Positions 40,541-50,011 of a DNA stretch of 64,000 bases are shown piece by piece. The position numbers and the translations under genes were made by a program. The notes below the pieces were generated by a model. That model worked only from the letters and a program-made list of their open reading frames with translations, did not search any database and was not told the DNA's origin. The stretch is from an uncultured Bacteriovoracaceae bacterium (GTDB lineage: Bacteria; Bdellovibrionota; Bacteriovoracia; Bacteriovoracales; Bacteriovoracaceae), in assembly GCA_964012805.1 (NCBI GenBank), contig CAXGUD010000017.1, forward strand, positions 20,892 through 84,891, in the 5' to 3' direction. How positions within the stretch are numbered: the stretch's first letter is position 1; each line of letters begins with the position of its first letter.

Positions 40541-42592
40541 ATGGGGGTCATCAAAATGAATGAAATTGGGACAGCAGCTTCTAGAGAGATCATGTGGAAT
40601 ATTCCATCATCTTTCAAAGTTCTTATGTACGCTCTTCTTATCATCAGCTTTTTAGTTCTTATCCAAGGCCTTTATAAAAAACTAATGTTTGTTACAGGGG
40701 GAAAAGGATTAAAAGGTATAAGAGGTGAAGGTAATCTTATTTCTTCTAATCTTAACTGGAAATCTTTTCTTCAAACAATTTTTTTCACAGGAAAAGTAAC
40801 CAGGAAATCATATGTCGGCTTTTTTCATTCACTTATTTACTACGGTTTTATGATCCTCTGGATAGCAACAGATTTAGTAGCAATTCATTACGATACACCC
40901 TTCAAAGTTTTTCAAGGACCTGTCTACATTGTGGTTTCATTTCTAGCAGATATTGCAGGCATTGCGATTCTCTTTGGATTAGCCTTTGCTTACCACAGAC
41001 GCTATATAAAAAAGCCTGAAACCTTATCAGCAACTAATCCTAGGAATGAAATTTATATGTACTCATTGTTAGGGAGCCTCGTCATTATAGGCTACCTGAT
41101 TGAGGGTATAAGAATATATGCAACTGGTATGCCGTCTGGAGAGCAATTTTGGGCCCCTGTGGGGTATCTTTGTGCCAGCCTATTTGGGTTATTTTCAGCA
41201 ACTGACCAAACTTGGGCCTCTATTTATCGAGGACTATGGCTCATTCATATGGTTTCAACCATGGTCTTTGTGGCAAGCATAGGGCATACAAAGTTTTTTC
41301 ACATCATAGGGATCCCCCTAAGTGCTCTCATTACTCCACAAAGAAGGGGTGCCGTTTTGAACCCCATGGATTTCGAAAATGAGGAAGCTGAAACTTTCGG
41401 CTTGGGAAAAATATCCGAAATGACCATGAAAAACAGGTACGACCTTTTGACCTGTGTAGAATGCGGCCGTTGCACAGAAGTATGCCCTGCAAACTTAAGC
41501 GGCAAAAACTTAAACCCGAAAACTATCATAACGAAAGCTAGAGATTTTACAGAAGTGACGCTTTCATCAAATAAAGAAGATGGAGATTTTTGGGAAGAAA
41601 ATCCAATCTATGAAGCAAACGAACTTGATGCGTGCACCACCTGTGGAGCCTGTATGGAAGAGTGCCCCTCGAATATAGAGCACGTTAACATCATAATGGA
41701 AGCAAAGCGCTATAAGACACTTACGCTTGGTGAAATCCCTCCTTCTGCTGGAGACACCGTTAACAAAATTAAAATCAATGGAAACCCCTGGGGCATTGCC
41801 CAAGATGACCGTTTTAAGTGGGCAGATGGGCTAGAGATACCTATCATAGAGCCTGATAAAAAAGTTGATTACCTCTACTATGTTGGATGTGCTGGCTCTT
41901 ACGATGCCGCAAACCAAAAAGTTGTTCAAGACACTGTCACCTTACTTAAAAAGGCAGGGGTTGATTTTGCTGTTATGGGTAAGACGGAAAAATGTAATGG
42001 TGACCCTATAAGAAGGTTTGGAGATGAATACTCATTCTTTGAGGTTGCTATTGAAAACATCGCCAACATGAATCAATACAAATTTGATAAGGTTGTCACT
42101 CACTGTCCTCACTGCCTCCACACAATTGGAAAAGAGTACGCGAAGTTTGAAGATGGCCAATTTAACACAATACATCACACAGAACTCCTAGCAGACCTCA
42201 TTAGTGAAGGAAAGATCAAGCCAGCCAAAGAAATTAAGGAAGAGTTAACTTTTCATGATCCATGCTATTTAGGCAGACACCATGGTGAATACAATGCCCC
42301 TAGAGAAATCTTAAATTCAATTGATGGGATTGAGATAAAGGAAATGCAGGCAAATAAAGATAAAGCCCTGTGCTGTGGAATGGGTGGTGGAAATATGTGG
42401 TACGAACTACCAGAAGGGGAGCATATTGCTAAAAATAGACTTAGGCAAATTGGTGAAAAAAAGGTTGAAAAACTAGCTACTGGTTGCTCATTTTGCATGA
42501 TAAACTTTAATTCAACCAAAACCCAAGTTGAGGAAACGGAGACAATTGAAGTTGAGGACGTTGCTTCCATTCTTGCAAGGTCGATGGACTAA
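40541..42592 (+). CDS. Membrane-bound Fe-S oxidoreductase (NarI-like TM + 2x[4Fe-4S] + two CCG domains; FadF/HdrD-like)
   Basis: N-terminal TMs with His residues, CVECGRCTEVCP, CTTCGACMEECP, YVGC, CPHC, HDPCYLGR, CCGMGGG. The start may be 40556. Confidence 0.92.
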   Translation: MGVIKMNEIGTAASREIMWNIPSSFKVLMYALLIISFLVLIQGLYKKLMFVTGGKGLKGIRGEGNLISSNLNWKSFLQTIFFTGKVTRKSYVGFFHSLIYYGFMILWIATDLVAIHYDTPFKVFQGPVYIVVSFLADIAGIAILFGLAFAYHRRYIKKPETLSATNPRNEIYMYSLLGSLVIIGYLIEGIRIYATGMPSGEQFWAPVGYLCASLFGLFSATDQTWASIYRGLWLIHMVSTMVFVASIGHTKFFHIIGIPLSALITPQRRGAVLNPMDFENEEAETFGLGKISEMTMKNRYDLLTCVECGRCTEVCPANLSGKNLNPKTIITKARDFTEVTLSSNKEDGDFWEENPIYEANELDACTTCGACMEECPSNIEHVNIIMEAKRYKTLTLGEIPPSAGDTVNKIKINGNPWGIAQDDRFKWADGLEIPIIEPDKKVDYLYYVGCAGSYDAANQKVVQDTVTLLKKAGVDFAVMGKTEKCNGDPIRRFGDEYSFFEVAIENIANMNQYKFDKVVTHCPHCLHTIGKEYAKFEDGQFNTIHHTELLADLISEGKIKPAKEIKEELTFHDPCYLGRHHGEYNAPREILNSIDGIEIKEMQANKDKALCCGMGGGNMWYELPEGEHIAKNRLRQIGEKKVEKLATGCSFCMINFNSTKTQVEETETIEVEDVASILARSMD

Positions 42593-44519
42593 ATTCTATT
42601 CTTTAGCCTTAACCTGTTTTATTATTCTCTTTTCTAAAAATTTGATTTGTAGTGAGGACCCAAAGGAAAAACAAAAAACTTTGGGTATCTTAGAAACATA
42701 CGTCCAACTTTCAAAAACAAATAAAAGCAAAGCTAAAGAAACTCTTAACAAATTGAAAAAAAAGCCCGTTATAAATTTAAATGATATTGAGAGTATAAAT
42801 CTTCATTCAACTTATCTAAGATCTCTTTTTTTCTTTTCAAAAAATAACTTTCTTAACTTAATTTCTAATAACCAATGCAATTTTTTTTCTCTTTTAGAGA
42901 ATAAACTTCTAGGAAGAAATTTAAAGCTGAGTAGCTTGGTTCCTATCATCATTAAAAAAAAAGATGGAGGTAAAGAAAGCGGAACGATTTCATTAAGTGA
43001 GATCATTGACTTTATCTATAAACAGAAATGTCCCAAGCAAAAAGAAAATTCCACCCTTTTTTCAAAAAAGCACTTTGAAAAAACTTTTAGTAAATTTAAT
43101 TTTGAAGTATCAAAGAATGAAATCTCTTGTTTAAAAACCCATAATAATTTCATTAAGAATCCAGACTTTCCTTATCTCTGCAAAATTCCTCAATTCCTTA
43201 AAATGGAAAATAAATTTCTAAACGACCTTAACCAGGAAATGATCTCCTTAGAAGAAGAAGAAACAATCTCTGACCTTAAGATAACCAAATTATATAAAAA
43301 ATCTATTTCTATAAAAGATAAATTCTTTCTAGAAAATTTATGTAAAAATATTAATTCTGGTAAAAAATTCTGCTCACTCTATACAGCCAAAGATGTTTGG
43401 ACAAAAGTTTTAAATAAAGAATTGCCAAAATTCAAAATTCTGCATAAATGCAAGCAAATTTTAGGTGAACAAGCCTCTAAAGAAGTCGGTCTTGCAAAAT
43501 GTGCAAAGCTTCTAAAATCTAAACCAAACCTATGCGCAACTAGAGGTTCATTAGGAAAAACCGTATTATTTCCTACTCCAAAATGTACAGAAATATCAGA
43601 ATCCTTAAAAAAAGGTAACCTTATCACAAAATACCATGACTGTCCGTCAAAGGTTTTCAATCAAAGTATTACAAATGTAAGTAGAATAATTCTTCACTTT
43701 TCGGATAATAATTCAAAAGATGGATCAATAGACAACTGTTCTTTTGAAACGATGAAAACTTTTTCAAAAGGTATTTATAGTGAAGATATTGATGAGTTAT
43801 GGCCGATGAAAATTTGTTATAAAAGCCGATTATCGAAAAAGAATACATGTTTATCATACCTTCCCGGATATGATAAAAAATCACCTATTTCAGAGAATAA
43901 AGTGCTCGAGAAAATTCTAAAAAAAACACAGCCAGTATTGAACAGTTTAAAATGCTATATAAGTAACAAAAAAAGTTTCAATCCTTCTAGGATAGCCTTA
44001 AATGATGGGTGCCATGTTTTTTATGACTTCAATAATTGTAATGATAATAAGTGCCTTAAGCGAATCATTGTTAATAATAAGAATATAAAAAATATAAATT
44101 ACAATGACGATCCAAATTTTTACTATTTTCCAGAAAAAGTTTATAAAGATGCTTTTTCATCTATAAATTTCTTAAAAAATAACTTAAATATTAATCAAGT
44201 CGCTATCAACAATTTAAATCAAATTAGAAAATTCTTAATTGGAAGAAATAAAGTTATTCATGGTGTTGGCTGTATTCAAAATATCTATCCACGCCATTTC
44301 AAATTGAGGTCTATGAATCAATGTAAGCCGACAACTTTTATTATCGATAATATTATTGAAAAAAACAAAAATATATATTTGAGCACTCGAACTTCTATCG
44401 ATGATATCCATTCGCCAAGACTCATTCATTGGTCATTTATTTATAACTCATTAAAGACATATCAAAATGTTCATAGCACAAAATCTTGGACTCTATATGG
44501 CCTTCAAAAAAATAATTAG
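42528..44519 (+). CDS. Hypothetical Cys-rich exported protein (start uncertain)
   Basis: 663-codon ORF with a hydrophobic N-terminal segment and 22 Cys by hand count; the start overlaps the end of the upstream gene. Confidence 0.75.
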   Translation: MRKRRQLKLRTLLPFLQGRWTKFYSLALTCFIILFSKNLICSEDPKEKQKTLGILETYVQLSKTNKSKAKETLNKLKKKPVINLNDIESINLHSTYLRSLFFFSKNNFLNLISNNQCNFFSLLENKLLGRNLKLSSLVPIIIKKKDGGKESGTISLSEIIDFIYKQKCPKQKENSTLFSKKHFEKTFSKFNFEVSKNEISCLKTHNNFIKNPDFPYLCKIPQFLKMENKFLNDLNQEMISLEEEETISDLKITKLYKKSISIKDKFFLENLCKNINSGKKFCSLYTAKDVWTKVLNKELPKFKILHKCKQILGEQASKEVGLAKCAKLLKSKPNLCATRGSLGKTVLFPTPKCTEISESLKKGNLITKYHDCPSKVFNQSITNVSRIILHFSDNNSKDGSIDNCSFETMKTFSKGIYSEDIDELWPMKICYKSRLSKKNTCLSYLPGYDKKSPISENKVLEKILKKTQPVLNSLKCYISNKKSFNPSRIALNDGCHVFYDFNNCNDNKCLKRIIVNNKNIKNINYNDDPNFYYFPEKVYKDAFSSINFLKNNLNINQVAINNLNQIRKFLIGRNKVIHGVGCIQNIYPRHFKLRSMNQCKPTTFIIDNIIEKNKNIYLSTRTSIDDIHSPRLIHWSFIYNSLKTYQNVHSTKSWTLYGLQKNN

Positions 44520-45540
44520 ATTTTTTATCTTACTCACTATGGGTATTGAAATTAGTGTTGCAAAAATTAAACACAAAGTTTTGGCAACAAATCAAAGTCC
44601 AGGAAAAATTCGTTTTATGTCTAATAATGGCCAGTTTGTTTACTATCAAAAAAAAAGTGGTGAACTTCTTCTTTCATCAAACTTTAAAATATCTACTGTT
44701 TTAAAAAAAGAGAAGGATGTGCACTATACAATCTATACTACTCCCCTAAAAAAAAGGATCATTATTGAAAAGGAAAAGAGCTTCCAAAAAGTATTTAACC
44801 TTATTAAGAGTAACGAAATATATGTCACTGATTTTGGAGAATCTAATCCCACTTTTATTTCAAAGGGTAACTCTCCTAAATTTCATCTAAAAGAAGACTG
44901 GATTTCTTTTTTTGACTCTTACAAGAAGATTATCACATTTCAAAACTTAAGCTCTAACAATATAACCTATAAAATAAAATTGTCTAATAAGATTAACCCA
45001 TTCTTTTTCCCTGAAAAAGGTATGCTTAGAGATTTTTCTGTTATTTATACTGATATAAATAATAAAGGTATTCAAGGACTTATTCATTACAATTTTTCCA
45101 AAAAAAAATCACGAATAATATTCAAAGGAAATAATATATTTCAAAGACTTGAGATTTGCGAAAATGATAGCTCAATTTTCCTAGGGGTTTTTCCTCTAAA
45201 TAAAGAAGAAAATGAATCTTCAATCTATTTTATAAAAAAGGAAGACCCTTTTAAAAAGAATCTCGAAGTCATTTATAAGAGCAAATCAAACGATATAGGG
45301 AATATAGAATGCAACTTTAAGAAGAATTATATTTACTTTATTAAAAACTTTAAATCTGAAGATAAAAGATCTTCATTCGAGATAGTAAAGTTGAATTTAA
45401 AAAATAAAAAATTAATTAAATTAACGGGTATGAAATTTGCTACAAATATTATCATTATGGATGGTAAGCTACTAACAATAAAAGATGGCGAATATTACTT
45501 AATTGAAGGGAATAATAAATTAACTTCTAAAGAGTTTTAG
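44467..45540 (+). CDS. Hypothetical exported protein, possible TolB-like beta-propeller
   Basis: Signal peptide from Met at about 44497 (MAFKKIIRFFILL); repeated short beta-strand blades (SNNGQFVYYQ, SPKFHLKEDWISF). Confidence 0.7.
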   Translation: MFIAQNLGLYMAFKKIIRFFILLTMGIEISVAKIKHKVLATNQSPGKIRFMSNNGQFVYYQKKSGELLLSSNFKISTVLKKEKDVHYTIYTTPLKKRIIIEKEKSFQKVFNLIKSNEIYVTDFGESNPTFISKGNSPKFHLKEDWISFFDSYKKIITFQNLSSNNITYKIKLSNKINPFFFPEKGMLRDFSVIYTDINNKGIQGLIHYNFSKKKSRIIFKGNNIFQRLEICENDSSIFLGVFPLNKEENESSIYFIKKEDPFKKNLEVIYKSKSNDIGNIECNFKKNYIYFIKNFKSEDKRSSFEIVKLNLKNKKLIKLTGMKFATNIIIMDGKLLTIKDGEYYLIEGNNKLTSKEF

Positions 45541-45563
45541 GTAAATAAGAGAATAGGCTTTTT

Positions 45564-46454
45564 ATGAAAAAAAATATGATTAAAAAAATATTAATATTAC
45601 TAATTTTTCTAACATCTTCTCATTCTCTGTCGAAAGATTTAAAATACCAAGCCAATAATAATCTTCCCCTGGAGTTTATTTATCTTATTAAGTCATATCA
45701 GAAATATGATTTAACAAATGAAGAGAAAAAATCATTTAAATATTTATTATATTTTTATGACAATTCTTTTCTAAAACTAAGTAAGGCTGAATATTTTCAA
45801 CTCATAAAATCTCAGATTTATAAAAATATAATAAACTTTTTCCCCATTTCCAATAAAGAAGGTTCATCAAAAGATCTGAAAGAGATTAAAGAAAAGCTAA
45901 AGGAAAAATTAAGAGAAGAAGGAAATGATCACTTTAAACGATGGTTAATATCTGCTCTCATAAGAGATATAAATTTAGTAGCCAAGAGCAAATCCTTAAA
46001 TAAAGGAGGCATCTATTACTCCTTATTTTATAATTGGAATAATCTTTTTTATGATTCTCTACCTCAAGAAGTTAATAGGACATTAAAAAATCTCTCAAAG
46101 AGGATCCTTTCCAATTTGAAATATAGATTAAATGATTTTTTATTAATTTCCAAAAATATATCTTTAAAAGAATCAAAAGAAAAAGATCCAAAGAAAATGT
46201 TTTTTTTTAAAGTCGAAAAAGAAACTACTCTAAAAGGAGAAGATAAACCAGAACCAAAGTCAGAAAGCGGCTCTAAAATATTAAAAATATTAGCACCTAT
46301 TAATGAAGAGAGTCTAATTCTTCCTGGTACTATAAGGATAGAAGATGAATGGACACCGAAAGATGAAAAGGAAAATATTAATATAAATCCCCCAAAACCT
46401 GACCCTAATTATGTAAAACCAAAGAAGCTTCCTATTCCTATAAATGACTGGTAG
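45564..46454 (+). CDS. Hypothetical exported protein with a Pro-rich tail
   Basis: Signal peptide; C-terminus PPKPDPNYVKPKKLPIPINDW. Confidence 0.72.
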   Translation: MKKNMIKKILILLIFLTSSHSLSKDLKYQANNNLPLEFIYLIKSYQKYDLTNEEKKSFKYLLYFYDNSFLKLSKAEYFQLIKSQIYKNIINFFPISNKEGSSKDLKEIKEKLKEKLREEGNDHFKRWLISALIRDINLVAKSKSLNKGGIYYSLFYNWNNLFYDSLPQEVNRTLKNLSKRILSNLKYRLNDFLLISKNISLKESKEKDPKKMFFFKVEKETTLKGEDKPEPKSESGSKILKILAPINEESLILPGTIRIEDEWTPKDEKENININPPKPDPNYVKPKKLPIPINDW

Positions 46455-46465
46455 TCCAACACTTT

Positions 46466-47203
46466 TTATATAGAAATAAGGTCAGGCTTTTTAGAAAAGA
46501 TAATCGTATAGTAGATTACTCCTATTGGAAGAAAAATCAAATTAAGTATTGGAATTGTAAAAAGAAACATAAAAATAAAACCTGAAATCGAATACAGTAG
46601 CCAATCTTCTTTAAGATTACCTAAACATTTTCTAAGCGGGAAATTATGTCTCGACCAACTATAGTCCAATAATTGTGAACTCATTAAAAAAGAAGATAAA
46701 ATCAAACCGATTGGAGCCAAAAAAGGTATTAAAAAGTCTATTAAAATTACAAACATAGATATAAGAAGAATAAAAAACACTTTTCTCACTTCATTAAAAA
46801 GTGCTTTAAAAAAATTTTTCATCAAGTCCTTAAATGAAAAATTACTATCATCTTCCAAACCTTTAATAATTTTTTTTTCAACCCTCTCACTTATAAAATC
46901 GTTAAAAGGTGAGGAAATAATTGATACAACTAAAACAAAAGTCCAATTAATCAAGAAGATAAATATAATCGAAAAAGTAAAAAAAATTATATAATAAATT
47001 ATGCTACCAACATCTCCAGAAGTAAGACCTTGGATCCACTTATCAAATTTATGCAGAACATTAACAAGAACCCATCGTCCAAGAAAGTAATAAAAAGTAG
47101 ATCCAATTCCAATTGGTATCAGACTAAGCATTAGAATGACTTTGTCTTTCCTAAAAAGGTTAATCGATAATGAAAAACTTTCATAAACCTTACTCAAAAC
47201 CAT
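46466..47203 (-). CDS. EI24/CysZ-family membrane protein
   Basis: IISSPFNDFISERVE, LDYSWSR, IPILNL. Confidence 0.85.
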   Translation of the reverse strand: MVLSKVYESFSLSINLFRKDKVILMLSLIPIGIGSTFYYFLGRWVLVNVLHKFDKWIQGLTSGDVGSIIYYIIFFTFSIIFIFLINWTFVLVVSIISSPFNDFISERVEKKIIKGLEDDSNFSFKDLMKNFFKALFNEVRKVFFILLISMFVILIDFLIPFLAPIGLILSSFLMSSQLLDYSWSRHNFPLRKCLGNLKEDWLLYSISGFIFMFLFTIPILNLIFLPIGVIYYTIIFSKKPDLISI

Positions 47204-47213
47204 TTCTTATCGC

Positions 47214-47621
47214 CTATAATTCCTTTACTTTAAATTTAAAGTTTAGCAGGGGTTCAAAATCCTCAATAGTTGGTGATTCGGGTATTGATTTTACTTTTTT
47301 TTTAAAATTGGACCAATCTAAGTGATTAAATAAAATAGCCGTTTCAACTTTGTGTTGTTCACATCTGGATAATTTATCCTTTGCTTTTTTCAACATTCCT
47401 GCAGCACCGATAAGGTTTTCTTCTCTTAAATGATAAAGACTAACTGCAACCTGAAGAACTGCCCAGTATACCAGTCTCGCATTATCTGCTATATCTTCTA
47501 ACCAGAGATCCTCCAAGAACTCATGACACTCCCAAAACTTCTCTTCATTAAAGAGTTGTATTCCCTGTAAGATTTTATTTAAGTGCTCATAAGAAAATTG
47601 GCCGTAATAGTGTTCTTCCAT
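47214..47621 (-). CDS. DUF309-family protein
   Basis: GIQLFNEEKFWECHEFLEDLW, LQVAVSLYH...N..GA. Confidence 0.88.
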   Translation of the reverse strand: MEEHYYGQFSYEHLNKILQGIQLFNEEKFWECHEFLEDLWLEDIADNARLVYWAVLQVAVSLYHLREENLIGAAGMLKKAKDKLSRCEQHKVETAILFNHLDWSNFKKKVKSIPESPTIEDFEPLLNFKFKVKEL

Positions 47622-47685
47622 AAATTCTCAATATAATACTTTAACGCTTCATAATTTTTTTTGTACCACTAAGCTTTCATGCAGT

Positions 47686-47708
47686 CCACAAAAACTGTAT
47701 TTTTGTGG
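47686..47708. promoter_or_regulatory. Palindromic candidate operator in a divergent promoter region
   Basis: CCACAAAAA-CTGTA-TTTTTGTGG, perfect 9-bp arms. Confidence 0.5.
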
Positions 47709-47801
47709 TCTATCAAAATAAATCAAATTTCATAAAATTATGCTATAAAATCTTAGATGAAATATGAAAAATAACCAAGATTTCAAAAAAGGGTCTTTTT
47801 T

Positions 47802-48929
47802 ATGACTAAGACAAAGCCTTTATCTCACGGCCATTTAGAAGAGATTGTTCCTTATCAAGCTGGTAAACCTATAGAAGAACTAGCAAGAGAGAAAGGACTG
47901 ACGACCATCTCAAAGCTTGCCAGTAATGAAAACCCTCTAGGCCCTTCAAAAAGTTGCGTAGAAGTTGTTGAAAAAAGCCTGTCCAACTTAAATCGATACC
48001 CAGATATGAATGGTCATGATTTAAAAAAAGCACTTTCAGATCATCATGGCATACCTCCTGAAAGAATTATTTTAGGTAGTGGTAGTGAAGGAGTCATGAC
48101 TTATATCGCAAAGGCTTTTTTAGGAGTAGGAGATGAAGTTCTTACATCTTCAAACTCATTTATTGGTTTTTATATTATAGCCAAAGCTTCAGGAGCTAGC
48201 TTAAAGCTCATTTCTCCAAGAGAATCGCATCAGTTCGATATGGAAACAATTGAAAAGTCTATCACTCCAAAGACAAAGATCATATACTTAGCTAATCCAA
48301 ATAATCCTACTGGTACGATTATTACAAAAAGCGAACTTGAAAGTTTATTAAAAAAGTGTCCTCCCAATATTATTATCATTATGGACGAAGCTTATTTCGA
48401 ATACGCAAAGGACCATAAAAGTTATCCCAACTCTCTTGACTATAATTACCCAAATATAATTTCCCTTAGAACTTTTTCAAAAGCTTATGGCCTTGCTGCT
48501 TTAAGAGTCGGCTATGGAGTCGCTTCCGAGGAAATCGTCACAACTTTAACTAAAGTAAAACCCCCCTTCGAACCAAACCTCTTAGGCCAAGCCGCAGCTT
48601 GCGAAGCCCTTAAAGACCAAGACCATATTAAGCAGGGGATTATTGAAAATAAAACTGAGTACGAAAGGCTTTTTAATTACCTTAAAGATAAAAATCTAAA
48701 CCCTATTCCTTCATTCACTAACTTTGTAACTTTTTTTACAAAAAGTGCAGAAAATAGTGACTGGTTATTCGAACAGCTTCTCAATCAGGGTGTCATAATT
48801 AGAAAGTTAGGGGCCAATAATATGCACGACTTCATAAGAATTTCTATAGGGACTAAACAGGAAATGGACCATTTTTATGAATCCTTTGATAAGATTTCTA
48901 ATGAATTTCAAAATAAAATGAAGGGATAG
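47802..48929 (+). CDS. hisC: Histidinol-phosphate/aromatic aminotransferase (HisC family)
   Basis: KLASNENPLG, NPNNPTG, DEAYFEY, RTFSKAYGLAALRVGY (PLP Lys). Confidence 0.92.
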   Translation: MTKTKPLSHGHLEEIVPYQAGKPIEELAREKGLTTISKLASNENPLGPSKSCVEVVEKSLSNLNRYPDMNGHDLKKALSDHHGIPPERIILGSGSEGVMTYIAKAFLGVGDEVLTSSNSFIGFYIIAKASGASLKLISPRESHQFDMETIEKSITPKTKIIYLANPNNPTGTIITKSELESLLKKCPPNIIIIMDEAYFEYAKDHKSYPNSLDYNYPNIISLRTFSKAYGLAALRVGYGVASEEIVTTLTKVKPPFEPNLLGQAAACEALKDQDHIKQGIIENKTEYERLFNYLKDKNLNPIPSFTNFVTFFTKSAENSDWLFEQLLNQGVIIRKLGANNMHDFIRISIGTKQEMDHFYESFDKISNEFQNKMKG

Positions 48930-48931
48930 AA

Positions 48932-49942
48932 ATGAAAATTTGCAGCTACAAAAACCCTCATCTGAAAGGCTTACCTCCCCGATTGGGGATTATTTATAAT
49001 GGCCAAATAATAGACCCACATTTAAATTTTGTTGCCGAATACGAAAGAGAAGGCTTTTTCAATCCATGGGAAAGAGCTGAAGTTAAGTGTCCTTCTTCTC
49101 TTAGTAAGACTCTTTCTCTTTACGAAAAGCCTTTTGAAACAATTGAAGAGGGATTTGCTATTGCTCTTTTTAATGAAAAAATAGGCGAGCTTGAAACATC
49201 TCAAGGTATCCCCCTTTTTTACCCATTAGATTCAAAAGAGAGTCCTATAACAACGCCTCTCGATTCAGTTCATAGCTTTAGAGACTTTTTCTGCTATGAA
49301 GAACACGTAAAAAAAGCTTTTAGAGGATCTATACCAAAAGAGTGGTATGAGGGTCCTATATATTTCAGACAATCCCACAAAAATTTCATTGGACATAAAG
49401 ACATTATTTCATGGCCTAGTTCTAGTAAAAAGCTTGATTTTGAAGCTGAGCTTGGCGTTGTTATTGGATTGGAAGGTAAAAATATAAAAGAGCATAATGC
49501 TAAAAATCACATTTTTGGGTTTACAATAATCAATGATATTTCTGCAAGAGATATTCAAAAAAAAGAATGGTCCTTACACCTTGGCCCAGGAAAAAGCAAA
49601 GATTTTTGCACCGTAGTTGGTCCAGTCATTGTCACGGCGGACGAATTTGAAGACTTCGAGCACATTCCCTCAATGAACATGTCAATCAAAGCTAACGGCA
49701 AAAGCCTTTCTGCAAGTAACGTGAACAAATCAAGGTATGGTCTATCAGAGATTATATCTTATGCCTCTAAAGATGAGTGGTTATTACCTACAGACCTTAT
49801 TGGCATTGGTACAGTTGAAAAGGGATCTGGCTTTGAACTAGAATACTATCCTAAACCAAACGATAAAATAGAGCTAACACTTGAAGGAGTCGGTACGCTA
49901 AAGAATACTTTTGGAATGCCTCAAGAGGAAAAAAGTTGGTGA
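48932..49942 (+). CDS. Fumarylacetoacetate hydrolase-family protein
   Basis: RDFFCYEEHV, LDFEAEL, NDISARDIQ, GPGKSKDF. Confidence 0.9.
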   Translation: MKICSYKNPHLKGLPPRLGIIYNGQIIDPHLNFVAEYEREGFFNPWERAEVKCPSSLSKTLSLYEKPFETIEEGFAIALFNEKIGELETSQGIPLFYPLDSKESPITTPLDSVHSFRDFFCYEEHVKKAFRGSIPKEWYEGPIYFRQSHKNFIGHKDIISWPSSSKKLDFEAELGVVIGLEGKNIKEHNAKNHIFGFTIINDISARDIQKKEWSLHLGPGKSKDFCTVVGPVIVTADEFEDFEHIPSMNMSIKANGKSLSASNVNKSRYGLSEIISYASKDEWLLPTDLIGIGTVEKGSGFELEYYPKPNDKIELTLEGVGTLKNTFGMPQEEKSW

Positions 49943-49950
49943 TTAAAGGT

Positions 49951-49995
49951 GATTTGAAGAAAGAGTTCTAATTTGTTTTACTCTTTCTTCAAATC
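49951..49995. terminator. Long hairpin between the convergent FAH and tig genes (probable bidirectional terminator)
   Basis: GATTTGAAGAAAGAGT-N13-ACTCTTTCTTCAAATC, perfect 16-bp arms. Confidence 0.7.
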
Positions 49996-50011
49996 GTTAC
50001 TTTTTGTAAAA

